Shown here in pieces: positions 1 through 14,384 of a stretch of 64,000 bases of DNA. A model generated the notes under the pieces. The model was given only the letters and a program-made list of their open reading frames with translations. It did not search any database and was not told the DNA's origin. The first letter of the stretch is position 1. Every line of letters starts with the position of its first letter. The DNA comes from Octopus vulgaris (taxonomy: Eukaryota): contig OX597820.1 of assembly GCA_951406725.2 (NCBI GenBank), forward strand, positions 59,520,001 through 59,584,000, given 5' to 3'. The translations under genes and the position numbers were made by a program.

Positions 1-167
1 TTTGTTAGCAGACATCATCCGTAGACGGGTTAATTTCTAAGAAATTATACTCATTAGATTTCAGCTGGACTATATATTATTGCTGCCGGAAGCTGGCGCC
101 CCAAATATCGTAAAGTCGATCGGTTGTAAGTCGGACAGCTCGTTAGTTGACGACGACCTGTATATAT

Positions 168-1582
<1,415 letters not shown>

Positions 1583-1584
<2 letters not shown>

Positions 1585-1927
1585 TAATTGAGTAGTTGAA
1601 TGAATTATCTTATTATGGATAATTCGGTTAACCGATACCTGGGTAGCAAATTCACGTCAGAAAAACACGGTTAAAGCTACATGCCTAGGGCAGAGATCAC
1701 GTGCTATCGTGTGGAAATTTGTGTGTTTTTTAAATACAAATAAATGAAAGAATGGAGTTGAACAACGAATTAACAAAATTCATATAAGTTCCTTGTTTTT
1801 CTTGATGAGAAGGCGGCATAATGCACCCCTTATTCCTTCGAAATTAGGAATATGCAGCCTTCGAAACATATGTCGAAAATAAAGGAAATTTGTTAATTCG
1901 TCGTTCAACTCCATTCTTTCATTTATT

Positions 1928-1932
<5 letters not shown>
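1583..1932. mobile_element. Penelope-like element terminal-repeat (pLTR) fragment with an inverted duplication
   Basis: Arms ~1733-1781 and ~1885-1932 are reverse complements around a hammerhead motif; bounded by (TA)n; 1600-1781 is homologous to 43288-43471. Confidence 0.6.
1797..1879 (+). ncRNA. Type I hammerhead ribozyme motif (C3U core variant)
   Basis: Stem I TTTTC/GAAAA; core TTGATGA; stem II GAAGGCGGCATA/TATGCAGCCTTC; GAAAC-ATAT-GTC with palindromic stem III. Confidence 0.7.
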
Positions 1933-1972
<40 letters not shown>

Positions 1973-2455
1973 TGAGAGAGAGAGGAGAGAAGGAAGACGA
2001 GATATAAAACTGCTATATGATATGCTAAAGACGTATTGTATGAGCCGTTTACACACACACTCACTTCGCGCACACGTGTATATCCGCACATGCATGAAAA
2101 TATGTATAACTTGTTGAGATATGTATAGCTACATATTTCTGTAGATTCACATGTGTGTACTCGTTATCTATAGCTTGTATTTAAAGGTTGACACTCGTAA
2201 GCTAGGTTGCTCGTATATATGAGGGAGTGAAAGGCGGGAGGTTCCTGTGCGCGCGCGCGCGTACATAAATATATGTACACACATATGTATATATGTGTAT
2301 ATATACTCTCTCTATCTATACATACACACACATGCACACACATGTATGCATACGTGCATATATTTGTGTACGTGTGTGTCTATATATGTGTTTCTACGCA
2401 CATATATATGCATAGAAACTCACACACATACACAAACACACACATATATGCACAA

Positions 2456-2487
<32 letters not shown>

Positions 2488-3133
2488 GCACACATACATG
2501 TACATACACACACATCGACACGTATACACATATACTCACACGCTCGTGGTGTGATCGACATGAGCGCGCGCACACTCACACACGTTCGCGTACTTATGGC
2601 GGACCACACACAGACTTGTAGCGGTGATGATGATGGTGGTGGTGGGACGGGTTATTATGAAGGAGATATTAGTGCTGCTGCTACTGATGATGGTAGGGAT
2701 GTTAGTGGTGGTGATGCTGGTGATGGTACTGGTGGTTATGATAGTTATGTTGAAGGTAGCAAACAGTAGCTTTGTGTGAAAAATTGGTTTCAACGGTTTT
2801 ATATTTAATTGTGTTGTTGTGACGCTTGTTGTTCACAGCCCCGGTCAGGGCTAATGAATTTAGATGCCTGATCATAATGTATTCTAACCATATCTATACC
2901 GTTTGTTGCTTTCTATCTCTCTCTTTCTTTTTTTCCTTTCTTTTTTGTTGTAGACAGTGTTTCTATGACTACCTTATCAAATATGTTGATGTTCTTCCCT
3001 TTTTTAAAGATTGTGAGATATCATTTAAGGGAGATTAAGCTGTTATTTCTAGGAGAGTGGACGGCAACAAAGTGTCTCCGTCGGTGGTTTTTTTCGCGTT
3101 ATGAAATAGAGAGAGGGAAAGAAAGAAATAAAG

Positions 3134-3185
<52 letters not shown>

Positions 3186-3376
3186 TGAGCGAGGAGGGGT
3201 TAGGAGGATGTAGACATGTAGATAGAGATGTGAGGAATTATAAGAGTATACCTCTTTGAGTACGCCTGCGCGTATTTCATGTGTGTGAGTGTATTGTAGG
3301 ACAGTGTGCTTGCACCCTCGTTTAAACGTATGTCTGTGTGTGCGTATGCATGTATTTATGTATGTATGTATGTATG

Positions 3377-3407
<31 letters not shown>

Positions 3408-3492
3408 CATATATGGATCAAAACATTTGGATTCAAATTCGTTAGTACTCCGAGAGTTTCAAGCGTGATATTAATCTTCAGCCATTTTAAAT

Positions 3493-3790
3493 ATCTCTCT
3501 ATATATAAAACTGAGAATGTGTGTCTGTCTGTCTGTGTGAATCCCTAAAACTTGAGAACTACTCAACCAATTTCATTCAAATTTTACACATGCCTTACTT
3601 AGGGTCCATGTAGTGTCATGGGCAAAAAAAAAAACTTCTAACTTCTTGCCTAGGGCGAGCCCACAATAATATCATATCTTCTCCACTATTTCAGTATTAC
3701 GTGTTAAAAGTGAAACAAAAACATCTCTATTGTAATGTCAGATACTTTCGCTTTAATACTGAAACTATTAAAGTCAAACTATTATATAAG
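3493..3790 (+). mobile_element. Possible 5' part of a non-autonomous Helitron-like element
   Basis: TCTCTCTATATATAAAA start, (TCTG)n, and CAACCAATTTCATTCAAATTT motif typical of Helitron-N/HINE-like repeats; no 3' end identified. Confidence 0.35.
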
Positions 3791-3796
3791 AGGGAG

Positions 3797-4047
3797 GAAG
3801 AAGAAGAAGAAGAAGAAGAAGAAGAAGAAGAAGAAGAAGAAGAAGAAGAAGAAGAAGAAGAAGAAGAAGAAGAAGGAGAAGAAGAAGAAGAAGAAGAAGA
3901 AGAAGAAGAAGAAGAAGAAGAAGGAGAAGAAGAAGAAGAAGAAGAAGGAGAAGAAGAAGAAGAAGAAGAAGAAGAAGAGAAGAAGAAGAAGAAGAAGAAG
4001 AAGAAGAAGAAGAAGAAGAAGAAGAAGAAGAAGAAGAAGAAGAAGAA
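3797..4047 (+). repeat. (GAA)n microsatellite, ~250 bp
   Basis: Read directly; explains the poly-E/K/R ORFs. Confidence 0.98.
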
Positions 4048-4806
4048 AAAAACAGCAGCAACAATAATATGAACAAAACGTAATTTGTAACTGAAATGAT
4101 GACGTGCATATTTATTCTTAATACGTTCTGGTACATGTAAATACAAATATGCCAGTTCCTGTTGTTTACGTCATAGGAGAATAACTTCCTTTTACGACGA
4201 CAGTGTGTCCATAACGTACTCAGCTCATTAGCACAAGGGGTTCTGGGATAACAGTTTTTCAACATCTTATGTCTCGCCAGCCAGAAGCACCCGGACCTTT
4301 GAGCCTAAACGTTTCTTCTAACTGTCTGACAAAGTAAACTGCGGATGGGTGGTGATGTTATCTGTTCACTCTTGAAGAGCGTCTGTTGATTCTTTTCAAA
4401 CTGGTTTTCAACAAGCTTTTGAACAGCGTTTTTGGTCCACTTGTCAGCGTTGACCACGCCGCAGCTGACGTTACATTTGTGTGAAAGATATCATACAGGT
4501 GATCAACAGTTGTCGCAAAATGTCATCAAGGTAATACCTCCCAATGCAATGAAAGTGTGTCTTGAGATAAATATATAGAATTACCCTATAACTGAATGCG
4601 TCCATAAACATCAACACAAGCAATATTGATGAAATATTCTCATCAAAACTTTTATCAAGCGCAAAAAGGTGATATTTAGTTGTTTGAGACACATACATAT
4701 ATCATACATACATACATACATACATACATACATACATACATACATACATACATGCATGCATGCATACATGCATACATTCACATACATACATACATACATA
4801 CATACA

Positions 4807-4836
<30 letters not shown>

Positions 4837-4838
<2 letters not shown>

Positions 4839-6111
4839 AGGTTGTCAAGAATGAAATTTGTAGAAAAGTAAAAAAGTTTGCTAATGTTTCATAAATACAA
4901 GGAATAGTTTTATTCATCAAAGTATGCACCCATATTGTCAATACACTTTTGCCATTCCAAAGGTAGCTAGTCCAGCTCGGAACTGTAAAAGCCTGGCAAT
5001 CTAGAGTCATTAAAATCTTGGAAGGCCTGTTTTACAGCATCGTCGGAATTAAATTTTTTTCCTGTCAAAAAGTTATCCAAATTCTGGAAGAAGCGGTAGT
5101 CGGTAGGGGAAAGATCAGGTGAGTATGGTGGATGATGGAGAACTTTCAAGTACAACTCCTGTAGTTTCATCAATGTCATTTTTGCGATGTGTGGTCTGGC
5201 GTTGTCTTGCAATAAAATAGGAGTGGATCTGTTGACTAATCTAGGCTGTTTTTTTTGTAAGATTCTGCATCATTTGGTCCAATTGGCTGCAGTATACTTT
5301 GGCCGTGATTGATGAGCAAAGTTTAATGAAATCATAATGGAGCACACCTGCGCCAGAACATCGAACACACACCATCAGCTTCTTTTGATAAATTTTGCTT
5401 TTTGGACTGTTTTGGTGGCTTGTCTTTGTCTAACCACTCTGCTGAACATTTTACGGTTGTTGTATTGGATCCAATACTCATTACATGTTACAATTCGATT
5501 AAAAAATTATTCATTTTTGTAGCGAGAAAGTAGCATAATACAGGCTTCCAAATGTTGCTATTTCTGATTTTCATTGAGTTCATGTGGAACCCACTTATCC
5601 AACTTTTTCACTTTACCGATTTGAACTAGGTGAGTCAATATTGTTTGTTTGCTAACACTAAACAACAATAATCATTCACGGGCACTTTGAGATGGATCTG
5701 ACTCGACGGTGGCTTTCAGATCGTCATTATCCACCTTTGTTTCTGGTCGACGGTGTTGATCATTTGTGAGGTCAACGTTACCAGAACGAAATTTTGCAAA
5801 CCTATTTGATACTGTCTGTTGTGTAATAACATTAGAATAAAATACTCCGTTAATATTCTGAGCCGTCTGTAATGCTGTATTTCCAAGAATGAACTCATAT
5901 TTCAAAACTGTACAAATTTCTGAATTATATATACTTTGTAAAAACGATTTATAAATACTTTATAAAGCGCAGAGTGAGTTACAATAAAGAAATACATGTG
6001 TCAGGTTTCTAACAAAAAATAAAGATTGTCAAAATATAATAAAAGCGCAAAATGTGCAGCTGACAAATTTTACCACATATCTTACGACAAATTTCATACT
6101 TGACGACCTAA
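4837..6111 (-). mobile_element. Decayed mariner transposon on the minus strand
   Basis: TIRs TAAGGTTGTCAAGAATGAAATTTGT and ACAAATTTCATACTTGACGACCTAA; fragments RFAKFRSGNVDL, KWVPHEL, QDNARPH, HPPYSPDLSPTDY. Confidence 0.92.
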
Positions 6112-6374
6112 CAGGTAATCTATTGGTGAACTACTTACACGCATATGATACGAACATCATCTTTTCACACATATCAGCGAAAGGCACATCTTATAATACT
6201 GAACCGCTTTATGTTGCCTGAGGAGATTTCTTCTGTAATACGGGGTGCACTTGATTCCATTACATGGTTTCCCACCCACTAGAGAGTTGTGCAAAAGTAA
6301 GCCGAAATGATTGTTGTCCTAAATAAAGCTTCCAGTACACTCTGTCTTATTAATGATTTAGAATACGTGCATAG

Positions 6375-6405
<31 letters not shown>

Positions 6406-6558
6406 TGTATGTATGTATCTTTTATCTTTTACTTGTTTCAGTCATTTGACTGCGGCCATGCTGGAGCACCATCTTGAACATGCATGTATGTATGTGTGTG
6501 TATGTACGTACGTACATACACATAATAAATAATTTGTTAGTGTCCCCAAGCCAGTTCA

Positions 6559-7050
6559 TTGCAGCTTCAATGCGAAAGCTCAATCTTTGTAAAAGATACC
6601 GCCACAAAAGATCAGATTGAGGGCTACTGGATATCTGTATGGGAACCAAAGGATGAATTCAACAAACAAGCTGTATGGCTAAAAGAACTGAAGCAGGACT
6701 ATTACCAGCATACCCAGCAAAAACGATGTGAAATAGACGGCGAAATATTGGAAACGGTTCTACAGAAAATATCAAACAGGAAATCTCCTGACGCAGACCA
6801 TATAACAGGTTACTTGCTGAAGAATTTCACCTTTTATCGGTGAGATCTCATGCGGTTGAATGGAAAAAGTATCAAGGGTATATAAAAATTTCCCTAATTG
6901 TCATCAACTTCAACCAGTTTCCTCATTCCTATCTGAAGGTTTTTGATAATAAACCACATGGATGGATTATCAAGGCTTTACAGTTAGACCAAGTCCTGCA
7001 GCCATTAGTGAGTGTTAATAAACACCTGACCAAGACTTGGTACACCCCTT
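6559..7050 (+). mobile_element. R4/Dong-like non-LTR retrotransposon fragment (RT N-terminal part), interrupted by a Gypsy element
   Basis: WISVWE...AVWLKELK...NRKSPDADHITGYLLK and KVFDNKPHGWIIKAL...LTKTWYT, resembling the R4/Dong KAFDSVPH motif. Confidence 0.7.
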
Positions 7051-7350
7051 TGCTAAGGAGCAAATTGAGTCGGATAGAATTCACTACTTGTTTTAGTGAA
7101 AATGGTACACTCCTTTCCACGTGACAAAGTGGTTTGAAGGAGCCACTATAAAATCAGACAGTCAGTCGCTGAATAGGAGTAATAAAGTCGTTGTACAAGT
7201 TCTCCGTGGGAGTCAGTGTCAGTTACGTGATATATACGAGTTCGAGTTACCGTCAAGGTAGACGTTACAAAGTCATTGTCTTGTGGTGCTATCAGCGATA
7301 GCACAATAGACTATACAAAGATAAGACACGGAATACCGCGACAACATAAT
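7051..7350 (+). mobile_element. Putative 5' LTR of the Gypsy element
   Basis: Starts with TG where the LINE frame breaks; TATAAAA (~7147), AATAAA (7181); followed directly by PBS-like TGGCGAC. Confidence 0.6.
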
Positions 7351-8350
7351 AGTGGCGACCAGAATATTGCAGTGCCGACGACAACCTACAAGTGGACGAG
7401 GATCCACATTATAACAGTGATGACGAGAATATAAACAATTCATACGGACGACGTTGAAAAATTTTTGACGCAGAGAAAGTAAAAACCCGACAGAGGAGTA
7501 ACAAACATTTTTGTTGCATATATTTTACGAAAAATCTGTAAAATTATGGAAAACGTGTTAGAGGGTTTAGTTGATTTGCAAAAACAGCAACAACAACAGC
7601 TCAAAGAACAACAACAAATGTTACAGCAACAAATGTTACAACTAATAAAGTTGTTTTTTTTTTTTTTTGGAAGGATTAAGCTGTTACACTAAAACAAAAG
7701 CGAGGATCGCAGTAAAAGAAGAGGCAACACCTATTTTAAAGCCCAAACGAATGTGCCGTTTGCAGCGTTGGACCAGGTTAATAAAGAGCTAGAAAGACTA
7801 GAAAGTCTAGCTATGAGTGAAAAAGTCAACCATTCAGACTGGGCAGCTCCGCTGGTTTATGTAAAGACAGGAAAAAAAAAATAACTAAGAATGTGTACGG
7901 ACTTTTCAACTGGATTAAATGACGGTTTAGTCGAACATAGCTATCTATCACCAAGCCAAGAAGAAGTGTTCTCAAAACTAAATGGAGGAAAAATTTCCTC
8001 GAAGTTAGACCTCTCGGAAGCCTATCTATAGATACAGGTAGAGGAAGATTGCCCACACCTTTTAACAATCAGCACACACCGTGGATTGTATGAATTCAAG
8101 CGGCTTCCTTTTGGAGTAAAAGTGGCAACTGCGCCATATTCCAACAACTGAAATGGACGCAATGTTAAATGACTACGACTTCGCTATCGCTTATCTTATA
8201 GCGAGTCAGTGGAGCAACATTTCGAACATATTAAAAAAGTATTCGGAAATATAAATTAATACAGGTTTAGGCTAACAAAGGAAAAGTGTGAATTTTTGAT
8301 GAAAAAATTCAAATATTTGGGTCGAGTGATTGACGAAAGGGGACAAAGGC

Positions 8351-10350
8351 TAGCGTGACTCGACTTTTCGTCCGATGTCGCTTTGTCCAAAGTCACTTCA
8401 TCCACGTCTTTTGGTCCGACGTCTTTATGTCCGATGATTATTTTTTGTCCAACGACTTTTTGTTCAATTTTAATAAAATCTTTAGAAAATAAGGTGAACA
8501 TCAAATTCAAATAATCATTGAGAATTTTATTGATAGGATTCAAGCAAAATACTGTGGGAAAATGTATTTTAAAAAGAAGTAATTTTTTAAAAGTTACAGG
8601 ATATAACTAATGATTTATGTTCACTTAAAATTGATGTAAATTATGTCACACTCTTAAAAAAAAATTAATTTTTCTTGTTGACCCATATTCAATAACCAAT
8701 CTTTTGAGGTGTTTAGTTATTCTTCAATATCGTGAACATGAATTTGACGGATTTCCTCGAAGAATTTGAGTAATTTTACATTGAACGAATCCTTCCTCTT
8801 CCTTCAGAGTTTTGATTAATTTCCAAATATTCAAATGCGCTCCACCTGCTGAATGCTTTATCACAAAATGAAACCTCTCCACAGCATTATTTGTTTTGGG
8901 TAGATCTTGAAGAATACGCTGATTAACATTCCATACAGCAACCAGGAATGTAGGTGGTTCTCTCCTTCGTCCTCTCACAACGCCTATGTAAGTCATGTCG
9001 AAGTAAACGATGAATTCAGCAGGTATTTTTTCATCGTCTATTAATTCTTCATAAGCCTCTTCGACATCTTCAACGGGTAGGAAGGCTAATGCTGAAAAAA
9101 TACCAAATTTTAAGACAGAATTCAGTCTTTATTGTATTTTTCTTTGAGGCCTAAATCTGTAATTTTTCGAAATACTGATTGGCTCAGATGAAACAACCAT
9201 ACCACGATAGATGAATTAGAGAATGATGAAATAAATGCCTTATGAACTGCAACTTCGAAATCTACTATGAAATCAAGCAGATATGCATCAGGTTGCATAA
9301 TTTTCAATTGCTCGAAAAATAATTCGTATGCCTGCTTTGTTTTATTCGGCAGTAATGCGAAGACCCGTGGAAAACTGCTACCTTTAACTTGTACATGAAT
9401 GCTAAACAGTTGAAACCACTGTTCTGGCATAATTTTGAATGTTCCATCACATGTCCAATGACGATATGGTGTTATATTCTGAAGAGCTCTTTCTGATGCA
9501 AATACTAGTATTCGATACCCGAATCGTATTTCAGAAAGTGTTCGCTATTATCAAGTTTACAATATTCTTCAGGTATTTCAAAACCAGTTCTAGACCCTGG
9601 ATTAGCGGGAAATCCAGAATTTTTTTTTTTTTGATGGCATCTTTGAATAGTCCTTGAAAGTACAGGCAAACGAGAAAGTTAAGAGCAAGTATTTTCTATC
9701 AGCTGCGTAAACGTAGCCACTAGGTACACGAACTTGCTGCTATGTTTTCCACTTTATACCTTATTTCTGGAACTTCATACTTTATTTCTGGAACTGCTTT
9801 TCTGGCATTTAGCATCAACTGGATGAAGGTGGTCACTAGAAAAATAGATAATTTTCGGCTTATTGTTTTCCGTTACCGTGTGAATTCGCACTGAACACAG
9901 CCTTCTTTTCTCACACCTCCAGAATTCTTTCCAAGTTTTGTATTGCTTGAATGAAAATCGTAGATGTAATTACTTTCACCAACTACTTTTCTTTTGTTTT
10001 TGGTCGATACTATGAACGTTATCATTTCGGAATGGGTAAATTAAAAATTTGTACACTAAATTTGCAGTGCTCTCTATACACAGCACCATACTTAAGAGAG
10101 AGAAGGAAAAAGAGTAAGTAAAACTGTTAACAGAGAAGGAAAAAGAACGATAATAACAATCATATAACGAGGCTCGATATAGTTCTGTGAATATATCATT
10201 AGAGATATTTAACCTTGTTTTCTAAAGAGTTTATTTATAATCGGTAAAAAGTCGTTGGACAAAAAAAAAATCATCGGACAAAAAGACGGACCAAAAGACA
10301 TGGACGAAAAGACATTTGACGAAGTGACATCGGACGAAAAGACATAGCAC
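8351..10350 (-). mobile_element. Mutator-like (MULE) DNA transposon with ~150 bp imperfect TIRs, inserted in the Gypsy RT
   Basis: 8351-~8500 and ~10205-10350 are inverted and built of TTTTCGTCCGATGTC-like subrepeats; flanks CAAAGGC/CGAAGGC are duplicated; Gypsy frame resumes as RRPDPSR. Confidence 0.88.
8724..10025 (-). pseudogene. FLYWCH-MULE transposase pseudogene
   Basis: N-terminal YIYDFH..FWRCE..C..RIHT..HLHP (FLYWCH-like); MULE domain DGTFKIMP..QLFSIH..FALLPNKT..DFEVA..FHLSQ; PKTNNAVERFH. Confidence 0.88.
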
Positions 10351-12140
10351 CGAAGGCCAGACCCATCAAGGGCGACGGCAATACGGAATATGCCTCCCCC
10401 AACGAATGTCAAATTATTGCAGGCATTTTTAGGGTTGGTTAACTACTATCAAGTATATATCCCGAACATACACAACACAAGAGCTCCACCAAACGAGCTG
10501 TTAAAAAAGGATGCCAAATGATTTTGGTCAGAAAAATGCCAGAAGGCATTTGAGGAACTAAAAAACATGTTAACTTGTCGCTTACACACTTCGATCCAAA
10601 GTTGGAAATGATACTTGCAACAGATGCTAGTGAGTACGGGGTAAGCGCCGTACTCCTACACACATGTGAAGATGGCAGCCAAAAGGCCATAGCTCACGCG
10701 TCAAGGAGAAAAAAATTACAACCAAATTGAAAAAGAGGCATTGGTGATTATATTTGGCATAAAAAAGTTCCACAGGTTTATACATGGTAGACGGTTTAGA
10801 CTAGAAACAGACCATCGCCCGTTCCTAACGATTTATAGATCCAAGAAAGGAATCCCAATACATACAACAAACAGGTTGCTGTGATAAGGCACCATACTAC
10901 TAAACTACGACTACGCAATGGGATATTTACCGTCGAAAAAGCTAGGACATGCTGGCGGCCTATCCAGGTTAATACCCAGAGATGGCGAACCATTCGAGGA
11001 CACATTAATAGCAGCCCTCAGAGCCGAAGGGGAAATTAAACACATAATGTGGAACATTGTACGAGAGTTACCAATAACTCTAGAGGAGATAAAGGGACAC
11101 GCGTCAAAAGACAAGTTCATTAATGAAGCAAAAAAAAAAAAACTTTGTGGTTAGCGAAAGAAAACAAACCAAAAAAGTTCGGTAAGAAAAAACAAGATGT
11201 TTTATATATTCAACATGTGATGGCGTATTGATGTATGACTAATGGGTAGTGATATCTGAGACTCTACAAAAAAGAATACTGAAAGAATTCCATATTGAAC
11301 ATCCAGGGACCGCAAGGATGAAAGTGCTTGTGCAGTTATGCGTATTAACAGAAGATGGACCAGGAAGTTGAAAACGTAGTAAAAGGCAGCGAAATTGCCC
11401 CACTAAAATGTGGGAGCCTTGGCCAGAAGTAAAAAGTCCATGGTCAAGACCACATATCGATTTTGCGGGTCCATTTAATGGTTATTACTACTTAGTAAGT
11501 AATTGATAGTTTTACAAAATGGCCGGAAATTGTTAAGTGCAAAAGACCAACTGCCTCAATTGTAATAAATTTTCTGCACGAATTATTTGCAAGATTTGGC
11601 ATCCCAGACGTATTTTGTCTGATTATAGAACACAATTTGTATCCAGTGAATTTAGAAAATTCTGCGAAATGCTCACGGTAGAACATAAAACGATAGCGCC
11701 TTACCATCCCAGACCAAATGGACAGGCAGAGTGTTTTGTGGACACTTTTGAAGGAGCTTTGAGAAAAGCAAATAAGGAAGCCACTGACGAAATCACTCTG
11801 CAACAGTTCCTAAGGGTATACAGGGTGAAACCGAATCCCAATACACTAGCAGGAAGCTCAACAGCTGAACTGATGTTGTGAAATCAGTTTTTGATAAACT
11901 GTTACCTGGCGAGGACAGAAAAAGTACCATGAAAGACAATCCAAAATTTTTCAAAATTGGCGATAAGGTGTACATGAAGTCATATAAAAACGGAAAACAA
12001 TACTGGGAAGAAGGAAAAATTATAAAGTACATAGGGTAAATGGTGTACAGAATTAAAAGCAGAAAAGGCATTGAAAAAAGACACAGAAACCAATTGAAGA
12101 AGAGATTCATAAGAAATGAACCAGATAGATTGGAAGAACC

Positions 12141-12362
12141 TGTAGCGTGACATGAGAAGCCAGTGCCATTTTGTACGAGATCTCGCCGGCAGCCATTACC
12201 ATGTCCGAGACAAGAGCGAGATCTCGCCTACAACCATATGGCCATGCACGGGACCACAGCGAGACTCTCGTGGGCAACATCTATTTAAGCAGACGTATTA
12301 AGGAAATTCTCCCTCTTCACTTTCTCGCTACGCTGAGAAACACGTGGATCCACAGTATAACA
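12141..12362 (+). mobile_element. LTR-like TG...CA segment unrelated to the 7051 LTR
   Basis: TGTAGCG...GTATAACA lies between the truncated integrase and the resumed LINE; internal TATTTAA. Confidence 0.5.
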
Positions 12363-12965
12363 TTACCGAAAAAGGTAACTTTCAGGGTGATAGCCTGTCG
12401 ACGTTGTTCTTCGTCCTCTCATTAAACACACTATCATACCTGCTCACAAAACATAGGGATCATAGAAATGGATCCAGAAGTAACTCCCATCTTTTCTTTG
12501 TTGACGACCTGAAACTGTATGGGCCAAATATCGACCACATGAAAAAGAAACAGTTAAACCTCATAACTCAATTTTCTACAGACATTGGAATGAACTTTGA
12601 TGAATCTAAATGTGCATTCTTGACAATAAGACGTGCAAAAGTTTTACCCTCCTCTGAAAACCTAAAAACGAATGGCTTGGCAATACAACTTCTACAGTCA
12701 GGTGACAATTGTAGTTATCTTGGACAAGATGAGAATTTCAGATATGATGGACCCATAAATAAGGAGTGGACCAGAAATGAATACCTCAGAAGAGTAAAGA
12801 GAATATGGTCATCAGAACTTTAAGCTTACAAGTATATTGCCCTCAGAACCTTTGCTGTGGCTGCCCTCACACCTACGTCTGGCCTTCTGAACTATTCACT
12901 ATAAAAACTCAATGAGATAAATGTTCGAATTCGCAAGAGGCTCAGTGTTATAGGAATCAACATCA
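12363..12965 (+). mobile_element. R4/Dong-like LINE RT, continuation of 6559-7050
   Basis: KGNFQGDSLSTLFFVLSLN..SHLFFVDDLKLY..FSTDIGMNFDESKC..YLG..YLRRVKRIWSSEL. Confidence 0.82.
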
Positions 12966-13439
12966 ATGTAGACTCGAGGCTATAGTAGAAGACACTTGCC
13001 CAAGGTACCACGCAGTGGGACTGAAACCGGGACCATGTGGCTGGTAAGCAAGCTATTTATCACACAGCCACTCCTGCGCCTTTTGCCCAATGAATAAGAA
13101 CATTTTATCTAAAATTATTGAGAAAGAGTGGGAAGGATCCAAACTGCGCCATACAAACTGTTTAGCGGCATTTCTCCCAGATTTTTATATTCTGAGTTCA
13201 AATGCTGCCCGGGTAGGAATTTGCCTTTCATCGTTTCGTAAGAGGTGATGGAGTCGATAAAAGAAGTACCAGGAAAGAATTGGGTCGACGTAATCGACTT
13301 TCTTCTCCTTTAAGGTAGTGCTCCAGCATGGCCGCAAACAATGACCGAAGCACGTAAAAGATTAAAAAAAGAACATTTATTGTCAATTGCATTGAAACGT
13401 GCGATTCCCCTACCCAGAATGTAAATTAGCCTTTATACT

Positions 13440-13855
13440 CTCTTATTCTTTTACTTGTTTCAGTCGTTTGACTGTGGCCATGATGGAGCACCGCCTTTAG
13501 TCGAGCAAGTCGACTCCACGACTTATTCTTTGTAAGCCTAGTACTTATTCTATCGGTTCTATTTTGCGGAACCGCTAGGCTACGGGACGCAAACACACCA
13601 GCATCAGTTGTCAAGCGATGTTGGGGGGACAAATACAGACACACAAACATACACACACGCAATTCATATATATATATATATATATACATATATACGACGG
13701 GCTTCTTTCAGTTTCCGTCTACCAAATCCACTCACAAGGCTTTGGTCGGCCCGAGGCTATAGTAGAAGACACTTGCCCAAGGTGCCATGCAGTGGGACTG
13801 AACCCGGAACCATGTGGTTCGTAAGCAAGGCACCACACAGCACTCCTACGCCTAT
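13440..13855 (-). mobile_element. tRNA-derived SINE (octopus-type) with an internal microsatellite
   Basis: Minus-strand tRNA-like head followed by GGCACCTTGGGCAAGTGTCTTCTACTATAGCC; the same body recurs many times in the window. Confidence 0.85.
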
Positions 13856-14027
13856 ACACTAGAAGTTATTGATGCATTTTACTAAGTGTTTAAGCCATCA
13901 TATGCAAAGCTGGGGTTCTCAGACAACGAAAAATACCATCTGACTAATATTCTCAAAAACAATCTGTAAGTTCAATATTGAAAATGTGGAAGACTTCTGA
14001 AGTTTGACATGACAACGTGCGCGCTCG

Positions 14028-14097
<70 letters not shown>

Positions 14098-14345
14098 GAG
14101 TGATTTCTCCATTTTCATAGATGATTATCGTTTTCTTGTGCTTTCTCTTGTCCAGAACATTTCTGACTTTCCCTCCATGGCCTTTTAGATGAATACTCAG
14201 TTCCGCTTTAGATCTGCATGGTTTGAAGCATAGACGTTAGTCGAAAGTTGTAACTTGCTGTGGGCAAGTGTCTTCTACTATAGCCTCGGGCCGACCAAAG
14301 CCTTGTGAATGGATTTGGTAGACGGAAACTAAAAGAAGCCCATCG

Positions 14346-14384
<39 letters not shown>

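Larger units (their letters stand above)
7051..12140 (+). mobile_element. Decayed Ty3/Gypsy LTR retrotransposon: most of gag and the protease deleted; RT, RNase H and integrase remnants
   Basis: Gag start MENVLEGL..QQQQ at 7546; RT motifs VPFAALDQV..DWAAP, KLDLSEAYLQI, RLPFGVK, KYLGRVI; RNase [21 protein letters not shown]; integrase HPG, HIDFAGP, FARFGIPD, PYHPRPNGQAE. Confidence 0.92.

Noticed and set aside
7341-7432. Repeat-spacer pattern as a CRISPR array
   Set aside because: Units are ~13 bp and degenerate with 5-12 nt spacers, in a eukaryotic LTR context with no cas genes
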